A stretch of DNA of 64,000 nt from Chiloscyllium plagiosum (GCF_004010195.1 NC_057753.1:4812887-4876886), one strand, 5' to 3'. Numbered from the stretch's first letter, positions 36,301 through 49,086 are shown. Notes: generated by a model from the letters alone, not told the origin. Made by a program: numbers and translations.

Positions 36301-37032
36301 GATAAATGGAAAAGCCCTGGGGAAAATTGATGTGCAGAGAGGTCTGGGTGTTCAGGTCTATTGTACCTCGAAGGTGGAAATGCAGGTCAAAAGAGTGGTC
36401 AAGAAGGCATACTGCACGCTTTCCTTCATCGGACGGGATATTGAGTACAACAGTTGGCAGGTCATGTTGCAGTTGTATAAGACTTTGATTCGGCCGCGTT
36501 TGGAATACTGCGTACAGTGCTGGTCGCCACATTACCAAAAGAACATGGATGCTTTGGACAGAGTACAGAGGAGGTTCACCTGAATGTTGCCTGGTATGGA
36601 GGGCACTAACTATGAAAAGAGGTTGAGTAAAATAGGACTGTTTTCATTAGAAAGATGGAGGTCGAGGGGGACCTGATTAAGGTCTGCAAAATCATGAGAG
36701 GTATAGACAGGACAGATAGCAAGGAGCTTTTCCCAGAGTGGGGGACTCACTTACTAGGGGTCACAAATTCAAGATGAGGAGGGAAAAGTTAAAGGGAGAT
36801 ATGCGTGGAAAGTTCTTTAAGCAGAGGTTGGTGGGTGCCTGGGAAGTGTTGCCAGCAGAGGTGGTAGAGGCTGGCACGATAGCACATTTAAGATGTATCT
36901 AGACAGATACATGAATGGGTAGGGAGCAAAGGGATACAGATCCTTAGAAAATAAGGGACAGGTTTAGATCGAGGACCTGGATTGGTGCAGGCTTGGAGGG
37001 CCAAGGGGCCTGCTCCTGTGTTGTAATTGTCT
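36301..37032 (+). mobile_element. CR1-clade LINE 3' fragment adjacent to a ZNF pseudogene
   Basis: Encodes LQLYKTLIRPRLEYCVQCWSPHY. Flanking repeat tgttcagac (36292, 37033). Confidence 0.85.
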
Positions 37033-37041
37033 TTGTTCAGA

Positions 37042-37530
37042 CATCAAACGTGCTGATACGAGAGTGCGTTCGCATCGGACAGAGACCGCTTCGGTGCTGT
37101 AACTGCGGGACAGAGTTTAAGCAAAAATATGACATCGCTGTACACGAGTGAATTGACAGTGGGGGGAGGTTGTTCTCCTGCTTGGAGTGTGGGAAAGATT
37201 TCACTCTGATGGTCCAACCTGCTCAGTCACCAGCAAGTTCAGACAACTGAGAGACCTTTCAAATGTCCAGAATGTGGGAATGGCTAGTAAAAGGTCTTGG
37301 AAACTGAAGTTCCACGAACGTGTTCCTGCTGACGAGAGATGTTTCTGGTGCTCTGACCATGGGGCTGGGTTCTGGTTGTCATCCCAGCTCACAGTCCACC
37401 AGTGAATTCAAACTGGGCACAGACACACACCCTGCTGCGAGGGAGGGAAGGGATTCACTCCAGTCAGCCAATCTGTGGACACACCAGCGCACAGACAAAT
37501 AACTGAAGGGACTGGACTTTGCTGTAAATC
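37042..37530 (+). pseudogene. C2H2 ZNF pseudogene (about 5 decayed fingers)
   Basis: Fragments include RPLRCCNCGTEFKQ, FSCLECGKDF, SNLLSHQQVQTTERPFKCPECG and SQLTVHQ*, with stops and frameshifts. A ZNF-type 3'UTR start follows. Confidence 0.85.
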
Positions 37531-37924
37531 ACAGATTCAAGATGATGCCGACACGGTAAAAGTCGTGTTTGGGCTTGTTAGAGCCTGACTCCAGGCCCGG
37601 CAGCATTGTTCTTTCTGTGTACTTTTCATCTTCCTTCTCTCCTTCATCTTTGGGACAGTGACTGCAGCATCGGTGGCATGGACCAGTCTCCTAGCAGTCC
37701 TGGTGGTAGGCCCGGAGCCTGGACTCCTGGTGATGGTAGGCCCAGAGCCTAAGGTCTTGGTAATGGCATTGCCCTAGCTCTTGGCAGTGTCAGTGAGGCT
37801 GTTGCGGCAGCAGAGCCGGGATCTCCTGGGGCATCGTCACTGCCGTTCCTGGAGCACGACTACTTGAGGACCAGAAAACCTTGCAGAAGTCCTAAGCTAT
37901 GCCTGAGACAGGAGTTGAATTCTT

Positions 37925-39347
37925 AGATTCTGAGATGTACAACACAGAAACAGATCCTTCGGTCCAGCTCATCTATACCAATCAGATATCTGAAATTAAT
38001 TTAGTCCCATTTGCAAGCATTTGGCTCATAATGCTCAAAACCCTTCCGATTCATATTACCATCCAGATGCCTTTTAAATGCTATAACTATACTGGCCTTC
38101 ACCACTTCCTCTGGCAGCTCATTCCATACATGCATTGTGTGAAAAGGTTACCACTTAGGTCTCTTTTAAACCTTTCCCCTCTCACCTTAAACCTATGTCC
38201 TCCAGTTCAGGACCCCACTGCCCCCAGGAAAGACCTTGTCTGTTTACCCTATCCATGTCCCTCATGATTTTATAAACCTTTGTAAGGTCACCCCTCAGCC
38301 TCCGACACTCCAGGCAAAACAGCCCCAGCCTACTCAATCTCTCCCTGTAGCTCAAACCGTCCAATCCTGGCAACATCCTTGCAGATTGTCCTGAACCCTC
38401 TCATGTTTCCCAACATCTGTCCTATGGCAGGGAGATCAGAATTGAACACAATATTCCAAACCTGGCATAAACGATGTCCAGTACAGCCTCAACATGGCCT
38501 CCCAACTTCAATGGTCAGTGCATTGACCAATAAAGGCAAGCATACCAAACAAATTCTTCACTATTCTGGCAACCTGCAACTCCATTTTCAATGAACTATA
38601 AACCAGCGCTCTTTGTTCAGCAACACTCACCAGGACCTTAGCTAGTTTTCATGCAGAAACGTAGCAAATAATGCAAGAGTAGGCACATTGGCTAGCTCTG
38701 CTGCCTCACAGCGCCAGGGACCCAGCCTCAGGCGACTGTCTGTGTGGCGACAGTCCATACATTTTCCTGATGAAAGGCTCCTTACAGAAACGTTGATTTT
38801 CCTGCTCCTCTGAGGTGCTGCATTTGGGGAAAACAAATCTTAGCAGGACTTATACACAATGGTAAGGCCCTAGGGAGTGTTGCTGAACAAAGAGTCCTTG
38901 TAGTGCCGGTACAAAACTCCTTAAAAGTGGAGTCGCAAGTAGATAGGATAGTGAAGAAGGCGTTTGGTATGCTTTCCTTTATTGGTCAGAGTATTGAGTA
39001 CAGGATTGGGAGGTCATGTTGTGGCTGTACAGGACATTGGTTAGGCCACTGTTGGAATATTTGCGTGCAATTCTGGTCCCCTTCCTATCAGAAAGATGTT
39101 GTAAAACTTGAAAGGGTTCAGAGAAGATTTACAAGGATGTTGCCAGGGTTGGAGGATTTGAGCTATAGGGAGAGGCTGAACAGGCTGGGGCTGTTTTCCC
39201 TGGAGGATGGGTATGTGAATCAGAAGGGTTTGGAGGGATATGGGCTGGGTGCTGGCAGGTGGGACTAGATTGGGTTGGGATATCTGGTCGGCATGGATGG
39301 GTTGGACCGAAGGGTCTGTTTCCATGCTGTACATCTCTATGACTCTA
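37925..39347. mobile_element. Two CR1/HER1-like 3' fragments (37925-38640 minus; 38820-39347 plus) with SINE and Penelope pieces between
   Basis: Characteristic ORF2 C-terminal peptides on both strands. Confidence 0.82.
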
Positions 39348-39539
39348 AGTGAATTGGCCATGCCAAATTGCTCAAATAGACATTGCGGGACAGACTTACG
39401 TCATGCTGGGGGAGAACAGTATACTTGCGACGGGCTGAATGGCCAGCAGCTGACCCCTCCCCGTGCCCAGGGATGGGGCCGAGCTGCACCACTCACTGTG
39501 AGCGAACCTCACCAGTGGGCGGTGACTGTCAATTACCTC

Positions 39540-39990
39540 ACAATAGACTTGACTGACTGACGGCATCTCTACCAATAGGAGGACGGGGCTAGCGTTGGAG
39601 GACGCAGGGGGGTGGTCCCCGAGGAAGGGGGTGGGGCCGGAGAACCGCGCATGTGCAGTTGGCCCTCCCAATCCATCCGCGTGAATGAGTGGCGGATCAT
39701 CCCATCCCCCCAAACACGTAACCAGCATTTCGCACAGGAACAGTGTCGCAGCGGTTGTGTGCGAGGTTTGTGGGGCGAACGCAAACGCGGAGGAAAAGAA
39801 GCGTAGACAGAAGCATCGTAAACATTTGGCGGAGTCCTACCTAGCATCAGGGGCAGAAGGCCGCAGGCCCGCGTTGCTGTCGCCATCTTTGTTGGAGGCA
39901 ACACACGGACGCGCGGCCGCCATGTTTGTTGGGGGCGTGGAGCAGCGGGGCGCATGCGCACGCGCACCGCTGCGTTGGTGAGCCTGGTGG
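39540..39990 (+). promoter_or_regulatory. CpG island, promoter and first exon of ZNF gene 3
   Basis: TGACTGACGG and CCAAT at 39554-39576. YY1 doublet CGCCATCTTTGTTGG / CGCCATGTTTGTTGG at 39881-39933. GCGCATGCGCA at 39950. Donor at 39978. Confidence 0.72.
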
Positions 39991-40096
39991 AAGGTCTCCA
40001 CGCAGCAAACCGAACCAAAAAGACAACTTCCTTTCCTCTGGATTTCTGCACTGGACTGAAACTGCTGGATTTCTGTTTCTCTGCAAACTTTTACAG

Positions 40097-40199
40097 CATA
40101 TTAATGCGAAGGATTTGCAAGCAGGAAACGTCACATCAGGACAAGACAGTCACTTGATTCATCAGGATTCCGACTATCCTTTGTGGAAGGAAAAGAAAA
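40097..40199 (+). other. Putative 5'UTR exon 2 of gene 3 (leader copy)
   Basis: Acceptor cttttacag| at 40096, then aggatttgcaagcaggaaac...cacatcagga...attcatcagga, with donor-like gttagt at 40200. Upstream donor ttg|gtgagc at 39978. Confidence 0.55.
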
Positions 40200-40484
40200 G
40201 TTAGTTCTGTCACTGTTTGAAGAAAGAATCTTTCCCATCTATTCCTTTCCAGAACCTTAAATCTGTGTCCCCTTGTCTACTAGAAACAGCTTTTATTCTT
40301 TGTCTACCCTATCTAAATCTGTTAAAATCATGCACCGTCTACCTTTTCACAAATCTCCTCTCCCCTCTTTTTCTTCAGCAACCACTTCACTGCTCTCTAA
40401 ACTGATCCGGCAACCGAATTTCCCCGCTTTTTGCAGCAACCTCTCTGGTAAATCTTTCTTGCGTGCTCTCCGTGCCCACCGTGT

Positions 40485-40800
40485 GGGCGGCACGGTGGCA
40501 CAGTGGTTAGCACTGTTGTCTCGCAGCGCCAGAGACCCGGGTTCAATTCCCGCCTCAGGCGACTGACTGTGTGGAGTTTGCACGTTCTCCCCGTGTCTGT
40601 GTGGGTTTCCTCCGGGTGCTCCGGTTTCCTCCCACAGTCCAAAGATGTGCAGGGCCAGGTGAATTGGCCATGCTAAATTGCCCGTAGTGTTAGGTAAGGG
40701 GTAAATGTAGGGGTATGGGTGGGTTCGCTTCGGCGGGTCGGCGTGGACTTGTTGGGCCGAAGGGCCTGTTTCCACACTGTAATGTAATCTAATCTAATCT
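40485..40800 (+). mobile_element. Full-length HE1-type tRNA-derived V-SINE
   Basis: A box tggcacagtgg, B box ggttcaattcc, V-domain tgtggagtttgcacgttctccccgtgtctg, LINE-like 3' end and (aatct)n tail. Confidence 0.92.
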
Positions 40801-41356
40801 CTCAAATTGAGTCGCATCCTTCTTGAAGTGAAGTGACCAGAACAGTTAAAGATTTATGCACTCTAACCCCACCCCCACCCTCTCTTGCAAGGCCCTCTGT
40901 CCCTGCATGTCCTGTACATTTGTGGCATTCACTATATATTTATTCCTGATGAAGGGCTTTTGCTGAAGCTCCTCGGATGCTGCCTGAACTGCTGTGCTCT
41001 TCCAGCACCATTGATCCAGAATATATATTTATTCTCCCGACCCTTTCTATTGAAATGCATCATCTCATTCTGTGTCCTTGAAAAGTCATAGGGAACTTGA
41101 AATATTTTGCTCAATTGCTCTCATCACATATTCTGCCAAACTTGCTGAGATTTTCGAGCACTGTTCATTTTTAATCTTATTTGAAGTATGCAGCACCAGA
41201 ATTTATAAGATTAAAAGCTGACTGATCAAGGTTTTTCAGGATTACAATTGGAACTGGTTGGGTCAATAGAGAGTGATTATTTCCACTGTTTGGGAGATTC
41301 TGCAAAGAGTACATAGTCTAAAAATCTGCGAGCTTTCAGGACTGAATGAGGAGTCT

Positions 41357-41690
41357 TCCCCAGGGCATCAATGTGGACTTCAACAGTTTCCTCATTTCCC
41401 CTTCCCCCACCTCACCCTTGTTCCAAACTTCCAGCTCAGCACTGTTCCCATGACTTGTCCGGACTTGTCCTACCTGCCTATCTCCTTTTCCACCTATCCA
41501 CTCCACCCTCTCCTCCACCTTCATCCCCTCCCCCACTCACCCATTGTACTCTATGCTACTTTCTCCCCACCCCCACCCTCCTCTAGCTTATCTCTCCTTT
41601 ATTCCTGATGAAGGGCTTTTGCCCGAAACATCGATTTCGAAGCTCCTTGGATGCTGCCTGAACTGCTGTGCTCTTCCAGCACCACTAATC
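41357..41690 (+). mobile_element. Penelope-like 3' terminal fragment
   Basis: ggcatcaatgtggacttcaacagtttcctc...attcctgatgaagggcttttgcccgaaac...ccagcaccactaatcc. Confidence 0.78.
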
Positions 41691-41733
41691 CTATCACTTT
41701 GAAAGAACAATCCTGTTTAGACCCACATTACAG

Positions 41734-41970
41734 GGAATTAGAAATGCAGGATTTCGAACTTTGGGAACTTAAATCAAACATCACAACAAGAACTGACTCA
41801 GACGTTTATATCATGGGGGTCTGAATAGCTTCAGAATTGAACATGGAAGTCAAAAACACCATTTACAGGGAGGAGAATATATACACAGGTCCTGGGTGTG
41901 GATGAGGCTTCATCTGTCCTACACGTGTGCAGACACTAATCTGAGAAGCCAGGGAAATGTGGGAATGAGC
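41734..41970 (+). pseudogene. Decayed duplicate of the ZNF coding-exon 5' end upstream of gene 3
   Basis: cag| acceptor, leader module, then ttgaacATGgaagtcaaaaac (matches 42244-42264) and [20 protein letters not shown]. Confidence 0.75.
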
Positions 41971-42249
41971 CCCCTTTGGGCTCAAAACGTACCTGTTTTT
42001 ATGACAATCCAGCAGCTTTCACGGTCACTATTTTCCTTAATGCCAGCCCCACCAATTTCGAGATTCATTCAGCTCAGTTTCACAACCTGTTTTTGTCTTT
42101 TAGTTGGTTCTGTTCTCACTCCCTTTTTTTTCTGTTTTACATCCATTTCACAGGGTCTGGGTCGATCGACAATTTTGCAGTTGGGAAATACAAACCAAGC
42201 ATCACCTCAGGAACTGACAATATATTGTAACTATTATCAGACTTTGAAC

Positions 42250-42891
42250 ATGGAAGTTAAAAATGCTGCTGACAGAGGGAAGAAGCAGCACATATGTTCT
42301 GCGTGTGGGCGAACCTTCAGCCGATTATATTATCTGTCAAAACACCATTGCAGTCAGACTGGGGAGAAACCGTGGAAATGTGAGGAATGTGGGAAGGGAT
42401 TCGTTTCCCCATCGAAGCTGGAAACTCATCGACGCACTCACTCTGGGGAGAAGCCGTTCATCTGCTCTGAGTGTGGGAAGGGATTCGCACAGTCATCCAC
42501 CCTGCAGACACACCAGCGAGTCCACACTGGCGAGAAACCTTTCACGTGCCCAGATTGTGGCAAGTGCTTCAAAGGCTCTGGGGAGCTGATATCCCATCAA
42601 CGTGTTCACACTGATCGAAGACCCTTCCAGTGTCCTGAGTGTGGGAAGTGCTATAAACGTTCGGGGAACCTGATGTCACATCAGCGTGTTCACACCAATG
42701 AGAGGCCGTTCCGGTGCCCTCGCTGTGGGAGAGGGTTCAGGCGATCGTCTTATCTCACTTTGCACCAGCGAGTTCACACCGGGGAGAGACCGTTCACCTG
42801 CTCAGTGTGTGGGAAGGGATTCTCTCAGTCCTCCCAACTGCTCTCACACTGGCAAGTACACGCTAAGGAGAAACAATCCATTTGCTCTTAG
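42250..42891 (+). CDS. C2H2 zinc-finger protein, 6 canonical fingers plus 1 degenerate (ZNF gene 3)
   Basis: Distal part of ORF 41896-42891. ATG at 42250 (aacATGg) aligns with the starts of genes 1 and 4. Pyrimidine tract and cag| acceptor at 42153. Confidence 0.9.
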   Translation: MEVKNAADRGKKQHICSACGRTFSRLYYLSKHHCSQTGEKPWKCEECGKGFVSPSKLETHRRTHSGEKPFICSECGKGFAQSSTLQTHQRVHTGEKPFTCPDCGKCFKGSGELISHQRVHTDRRPFQCPECGKCYKRSGNLMSHQRVHTNERPFRCPRCGRGFRRSSYLTLHQRVHTGERPFTCSVCGKGFSQSSQLLSHWQVHAKEKQSICS

Positions 42892-43104
42892 TATTGGAAA
42901 GGGTTCACTGGTTGCTGCGATGCTAGTGAGTTCGCGCTGGGAAGGAACTGTTTAACCAGGCTGAGAGTGGAAGGGGATTTATTTGTTCAGCCCATCTGAT
43001 AAACTGCCTCTGAACTCAAGTAACTACAGTCACCGCACTTTGCTGTTTGTCTCATACAAGAATGAACTGAATGAATGGCATGATAATGGTACAGTTTTCA
43101 GATA

Positions 43105-43430
43105 GTTTAGATGAGATGAGATTCCCTGCAGTGTGGAAACAGGCCCTTCGGCCCAACAAGTCCTCACTGACCCTCTGAAGAGTAACTCAATCAGGCCCAT
43201 TTCCCTCTGATTAATGCGCCTAACACTATGGACAATTTAGCATGGCCAATCCATCTGACCTGCACATCTTTGGATTGTGGGAGGAAACCGGAGCACCTGG
43301 AGGAAACCACGCAGACACAGGGAGAAGGTGCAAACTCCGTACAGACAGTCACCCGAGGCTGGAATCGAACCCGGGCCCCTGGTGGTGTGAGGCTGCAGTG
43401 CTAACCACTGAGCCACCGTGCTGCCCCATC
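43105..43430 (-). mobile_element. HE1-type SINE
   Basis: Reverse complement of the HE1 consensus. Confidence 0.88.
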
Positions 43431-43611
43431 TGATCACTTCATGATTGAATTTCCCAATCAGTGTAAGGAAGAGAAGAGTGGGTCTAAGACTACTGTGTGA
43501 AACTTGAATAAATGCAATAACAAGGGACTGAAGACTGAGTTGTCAAAATTGACCGAGCTAATGACATTTAGATAGATCAGTAGAGAAGCAGTGGCAGACA
43601 TTTCAGGAGAT

Positions 43612-45630
43612 ATAGTCATAGAGATGTACAGCACGGGAACAGACCCTTCGGTCTAACCCGTCCAGATATTCTAAATTAATCTGGTAACATTTTCCAGCAC
43701 TTGGCCCATATCCCTCCAAACCCTTCCTATTCGTATACCTATCCAGATTTCTTTTAAATGTTGTAATTGTACTAGCATCCACCACTTCCTCTGGCAGTTC
43801 ATTCCATACAGGCACTACCCTCTGCATGAAAACATTGCCCCTCAGGTACCTTTAAAATCTTTCCCCTCTCGTCTTAAACCTATGCCCTCTAGTTCTGAAC
43901 TTCCCGATCTTTGGTAAAAAGATTGTGGATATACACCCTAACCATGCCCCCCATGATTATATAAACCTCTATAAGGTCACCCCTCAGCCTCTGACACACC
44001 AGGGAAAATAGGCCCAGCCTATTCAGCCTCTCCCTATAGCTTGAACCCTCTAATGCCGGCAACATGTGTGTAAACTTTTCTCAACTCTTTCAAGTTTCCT
44101 AACACTACGGACAATTTAGCACAGCCAATCCACCTGACCTGCACATCTTTGGATTGTGGGAGGAAACCGGAGCACCCGGAGGAAACCCACGCAGACACGG
44201 GGAGAACGTGCAAACTCCGTACAGACAGTCACCCGAGGCTGGAATCGAACCCGGGCCCCTGGTGCTGTGAGGCTGCAGTGCTAACCACTGAGCCACCGTG
44301 CTGCCCCATCTGATCACTTCATGTTTGAATTTCCCAATCAGTGTCAGGAAGAGAAGAGTGGGTCTAAGACTACTGTGTGAAACTTGAATAAATCCAATAA
44401 CAAGGGACTGAAGACTGAGTTGTCAAAATTGACCGAGCTAATGACATTTAGATAGATCAGTAGAGAAGCAGTGGCACAGCGCCAGAGACCCGGGTTCAAT
44501 TCCCGCCTCAGGCGACTGATTGTGTGGAGTTTGCACGTTCTCCCCGTGTCTGCGTGGGTTTCCTCTGGGTGCTCCGGTTTCCTCCCATAGTCCAAAGATG
44601 TGCAGGTCAGTTGAATTGACCATGCTAAATTGCCACTGGTGTTAGGTAAGGGGTAAATGTCGGGGTATGGGTGGGTTGCGCTTCGGCGGGGCGGTGTGGA
44701 CTTGTTGGGCCGAAGGGCCTGTTTCCACATTGTAAGTAATCTAATCTAATCTAATCAAAAATCTTTCCCCTCTCGTCTTAAACCTATGCCCTCTAGTTCT
44801 GGACTTCCCTATCTTGGGTAAAAAGATTGTGGATATACACCCTATCCATGCCCCCCATGATTATATAAACCTCTATAAGGTCACCCCTCAGCCTCCGACA
44901 CACCAGGGAAAATAGGTCCAGCCTATTCAGCCTCTCCCTATAGCTTGAACCCTCTAATGCTGGCAACATATGTGTAAACCTTTCTAAACTCTTGCAAGTT
45001 TCACAGCATCCTTCCTGTAGCAGGGAGACCTGAACTGAATGCAGTATTCCACAAATGGCCTAACCAATGTCCTGTACAGCTGCAGTATAACCTCCACACT
45101 CCTATACATTGTTGCACTGACCAATAAAGGAAAGCATACCAAAAACCGCCTTCACTATCCTATCTACTTGCAGCTCCACTTTAAGGAGCTATGAACCTGC
45201 ACTCCAAGGTCTCTTTCTTCAGCAATATCTCCCAGGACCTTACCGTTATATGTACAAGTCCTGCCCTGCCTTGCCTTTCCAAAATGCAGCACCTCACATT
45301 TGTTTAAACTAAACTCCATCTGCCACCTGATCCCATCTGATGAAAGTCCCATTGTACTCTGAGGTAACCTTCTCCACTGTCAGCTGCCCCGCCGACTTTG
45401 CAAACTTACTAACCGTACCTCGTATGCTCACATCCAAATCATTTATATAAGTGATGAAAAGCAGTGAACCCAGCACCGATCCGTGTGGCACTCCACTGGT
45501 CACAGGCTTCTGATCTGAAAAGCAACCCTCCACCACCACCCTCTGTCTTCTACCTTCTGTATCCAAATGGCTAGTTCACCCTGTGTTCCATGTGCTTTGA
45601 CCTCACTAACCAGTCTACCATACAGAACCT
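43612..45630 (-). mobile_element. CR1/HER1-like LINE fragments, partly duplicated, with SINEs
   Basis: Encodes [24 protein letters not shown] and VWNELPEEVV. Confidence 0.82.
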
Positions 45631-46619
45631 GTCATTTCAAGACATTCAGCAATGTTACTTTGCGGTTTGAAGGAGAGTTCCCAGAAGATCAGTTTGCATT
45701 GCCCATAATGGATTTTGCTTGTCGATATTTGATTGAATACACGGGTGATTGCTGACTGTAGTTAAAAGAGAATGAAAAGGGGCAGAAAATCACTGTGATT
45801 TTGGTGGCGGGGAACTCGCTCAGTTGCGCGTAATAGCAGTTCTGGGTATAAAAGCAATTGTGCATTGCTGGAAATGGGCTTTGTTTGAAAATATTTAATT
45901 GCCTACATAGCTGTTTTACTGGTGGTGGTTAGTAGTTTCAATAATTAAAAAAACAAATCACGTTGATTTGGTGGTGGGAAAGTCACTCAGTTGTGTACGA
46001 TAGCACGGAGACAGGCCCTTCGGCCCAAAAGTCCATTCACGCTAACCCCGTTTTCCTGCATTTGCCCCATATCCCTTCTAAACCTTTCCTATCCATATAT
46101 TTGTCCAAATGCCTTTTAAATATTGTTAATGTACCCGCCACAACCACTTCCACTGGCAGCTCATTCCACATGCATCCCACCCTCTGTAATAAAAAAAAAG
46201 TTGCCCCTCAGGTTCCCTTTTATTCTTTCCCCTCTAACCTTAAACTGATGCCGTCTCGTCCTCGATTCCCCAACCCTGGGGAAAAAGACTGAGTGCAATC
46301 ACCCTATCCATGCCTGTCATGATCTTGTACACCTCTATAAGAAACCCCCCTCAGTTTCCTACACTCTAAAGAAAGAAGTCCTAGCTTCTGAGTATAAAAG
46401 CGAAACAAGTCCTAAAGAGTCCCCCTCACTTTGATGGTTTGCATTGCCCATAATGGTCCTTTCTTGTAAATAACTAATTGACTACATGGGTATTTTACTG
46501 GTGGTGGTGGTTCGGAGTCTAAAATGTAGACCAGGTGATTTGTTTTGGGGGGAGGTGGTTGGGTGGAAGTCGCTCAGTTGTGTGTGATAGCACCTTTGGG
46601 TAAATGTAAGAAAAGAAAT

Positions 46620-48372
46620 GTTCCAGAGTTGTGGATAGCGTAGAAGGTTGTCAAAGGATACAGCAGGGTATAGATCAGTTGCAGAGAGGGGTGGAGAAAT
46701 GGCCGATGGAGTTTAATCTGGGTCAGTGTGAGATGCTGCACTTTGAGAGATCAAATGTTAACAAAAGTATACAGTTAATAATATACAGGCCAGCACAGTG
46801 GCTCAGTGGTTAGCACTGCTGCATCACACCGCCAGGGACCCGGGTTCAATTCCAGCCTCAGGTTACTGTGCAAACTCCACACAGACATTCTCCCCGTGTC
46901 TGCGTGGGTTTCCTCCGGGTGCTCCAGTTTCCTCCCACAGTCCAAAGAAGTGCAGGTTTGGGTGAATTGGTCGCGTTAAATTGTCCATAGTGTTCACTGA
47001 TTTGTAGGTTAGGTGCATTAGTCAGGGGTAAATGTAGAGTCATAGGGTAGGGGAATGGGTCTGGGTGGGTTGCTGTTCGGGGGGGTCGGTGTGGACTTGT
47101 TGGGCCGAAGGGCCTGTTTCCATACTGTAGGGATTCTAATTCTTTAAAGGCAGGACCTTGAATAGCATTGACGTGCAGGGGGATATTGAGTCCATGTCCG
47201 TCGCTTCCTGAAAGTGGCCTCACATGGAGAGAGGATGATAAAGAAAGCATATGCTACGCTTGTCTTTATTGGTCAGGAAATTGAGTACAGGATGTCGTGA
47301 GGCATCTTTATAAGACTTTGGTTAGGCCACGCTTGGAGTATTGTGTTCAATTCTGGTCGGCACATTGTAGGAAGAATGTAGAGGCTTTGGAGAGGGTGCA
47401 GAAGAGGTTTACCAGGGTGCTGCCTGGATTAGAGGCTTTGAGCTATAAGGAGAAGCTAGAAAAAAACTTGGGTTGTTTTCTCTGGAGCAGTGAAACCTGA
47501 GGGGAGACTTGATCAAAGTCTATAAAATTATGAGATGCACAGATAGGGTTGACGGTCAGAATCTTGTTTACCCGGAATTGGAATATCTAATACTGGGGGA
47601 AATGCATTTAATATTGGGGGGGGTTCAAAGATGACATGAGGGCCAGGTTTTTAAATGCAGAGTGTGATAGGAGTCTGGAACGCACTGTTGGGTTGATGGT
47701 GCAGGCAAATATGATAGGAGCATTTACGGGACTTTCAGATAAGCACATGAATATGCAAGGAATAGAGGGATATGGACCAAAGGAAGGCAGCAGGGATTGG
47801 ATTAATTTGGTGTCGTGTTAAGACCATAAGAGATAAGAGTAGAAGTAAGGCCATTTGCCCTTCGAGTCCACTCCCCCATTTAATCATGGCTGATGGGCGT
47901 TTCAACTCCACTTACCCGCATTCTCCCCGTAGCCCTTAATTCCTTGCAAGTTCAAGAGTTTATCACTCTCTGCTTTGAAGACGTTTAACGTCCCGGCCCC
48001 CACTGCACTTCCGCGGCAATGAATTCCACAGGCCCACCGCTCTCTGGCTGAAGAAATGTCTCCTCATTTCTGTTCTAAATTGACCCCCTCTAATTCTAAG
48101 GCTGTGCCCACAGGTCCTCGTCTCCCCAGCTGCTGGAAACAAATTCCCAGCATCCACCCTTTCTAAGCCATGCATTACCTTCTAAGTTTCTATTAGATCT
48201 CCCCTCAACCTTCTAAACTCTAATGAATACAACCCGAGGATTCTCGGTATGTTAGGCCTACCATTCCAGGGATCATCCGTGTGAATCTCCGCTGGACACG
48301 CTGCAGTGCCAGTAGGTCCTTCCTGAGGTGTGCGGTCCAAAACTGGACACTGTATTCTAAATGGGGCCTAAC
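46620..48372. mobile_element. CR1 fragments (46620-47820 plus, with an HE1 SINE at 46790-47140; 47820-48372 minus)
   Basis: Encodes RPRLEYCVQFWSAH and RTCGHSLRIRGGQFRTEMRRHFFSQR. Confidence 0.82.
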
Positions 48373-49086
48373 ACTATGTTCAGTAAAACATAGTGGGTCT
48401 GAGGGCCCGTTCCTGCGCTGTGCTGTTCTGTGTCCCATGTAAAAGGTGCTTTCGTCACACAGTGGTAGCGTGCATCCTGGGTTCAAATCCCACCTGCTTC
48501 AGCGGAATGTCATGACATGTCTGAGCAGGTTGATTGAATAAAGATCAAAAACGTTTTAAAAATCTGCTTGCTACTGTTTCAAATGGCTATGATTGTAACG
48601 GTATCAGTTCTAACTTTGCAAAAATTCTCTCGAAATTGGAGAAGTGCTGTCAGACTGAAAAATCACACCTGCAACACCTCTGCTCACGAAAGGAGGAGAC
48701 AGAAAGCAGGAAATCAGTCGGTCCATCACCCGATAGAGGGAATATGCTGGAATCTTTTATTAGGGATATCAAAGCAGGTAAGTTTGTGAATCCTGCTGAA
48801 ATTCTGCAGAGCTTAGATTGTCTTGTGAAAGGGAAATAATATTTGATTAATTTATCAGAAAGTTTTCAGGAAGGAGCAGGTGATGTTGACCAAAGGAGCC
48901 TGGTTATCGAGTGTAATGCAGGCAGAGGCGATCATGGAGGTATTGGATATGTGGACGACAGGGGTCCTGGAGATGTGGTGCCTATCGTATGTTTTGGGGA
49001 TCTTATAATTTAAATTCAAATCTGAATATTAATTTGTTAATGTGGGACTTTAACCAATGAGGGAACAAGAGATAGTCTAGTGCAAT

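Noticed and set aside
40485..40560. tRNA gene
   Set aside because: The A and B boxes belong to the tRNA-derived head of the HE1 SINE. No standalone tRNA was found.
41896..42249. 118-aa N-terminal extension of gene 3 (and the 91-aa extension of gene 4)
   Set aside because: Starts at a non-ATG codon and crosses a pyrimidine tract and acceptor, so it is most likely intron read in frame.
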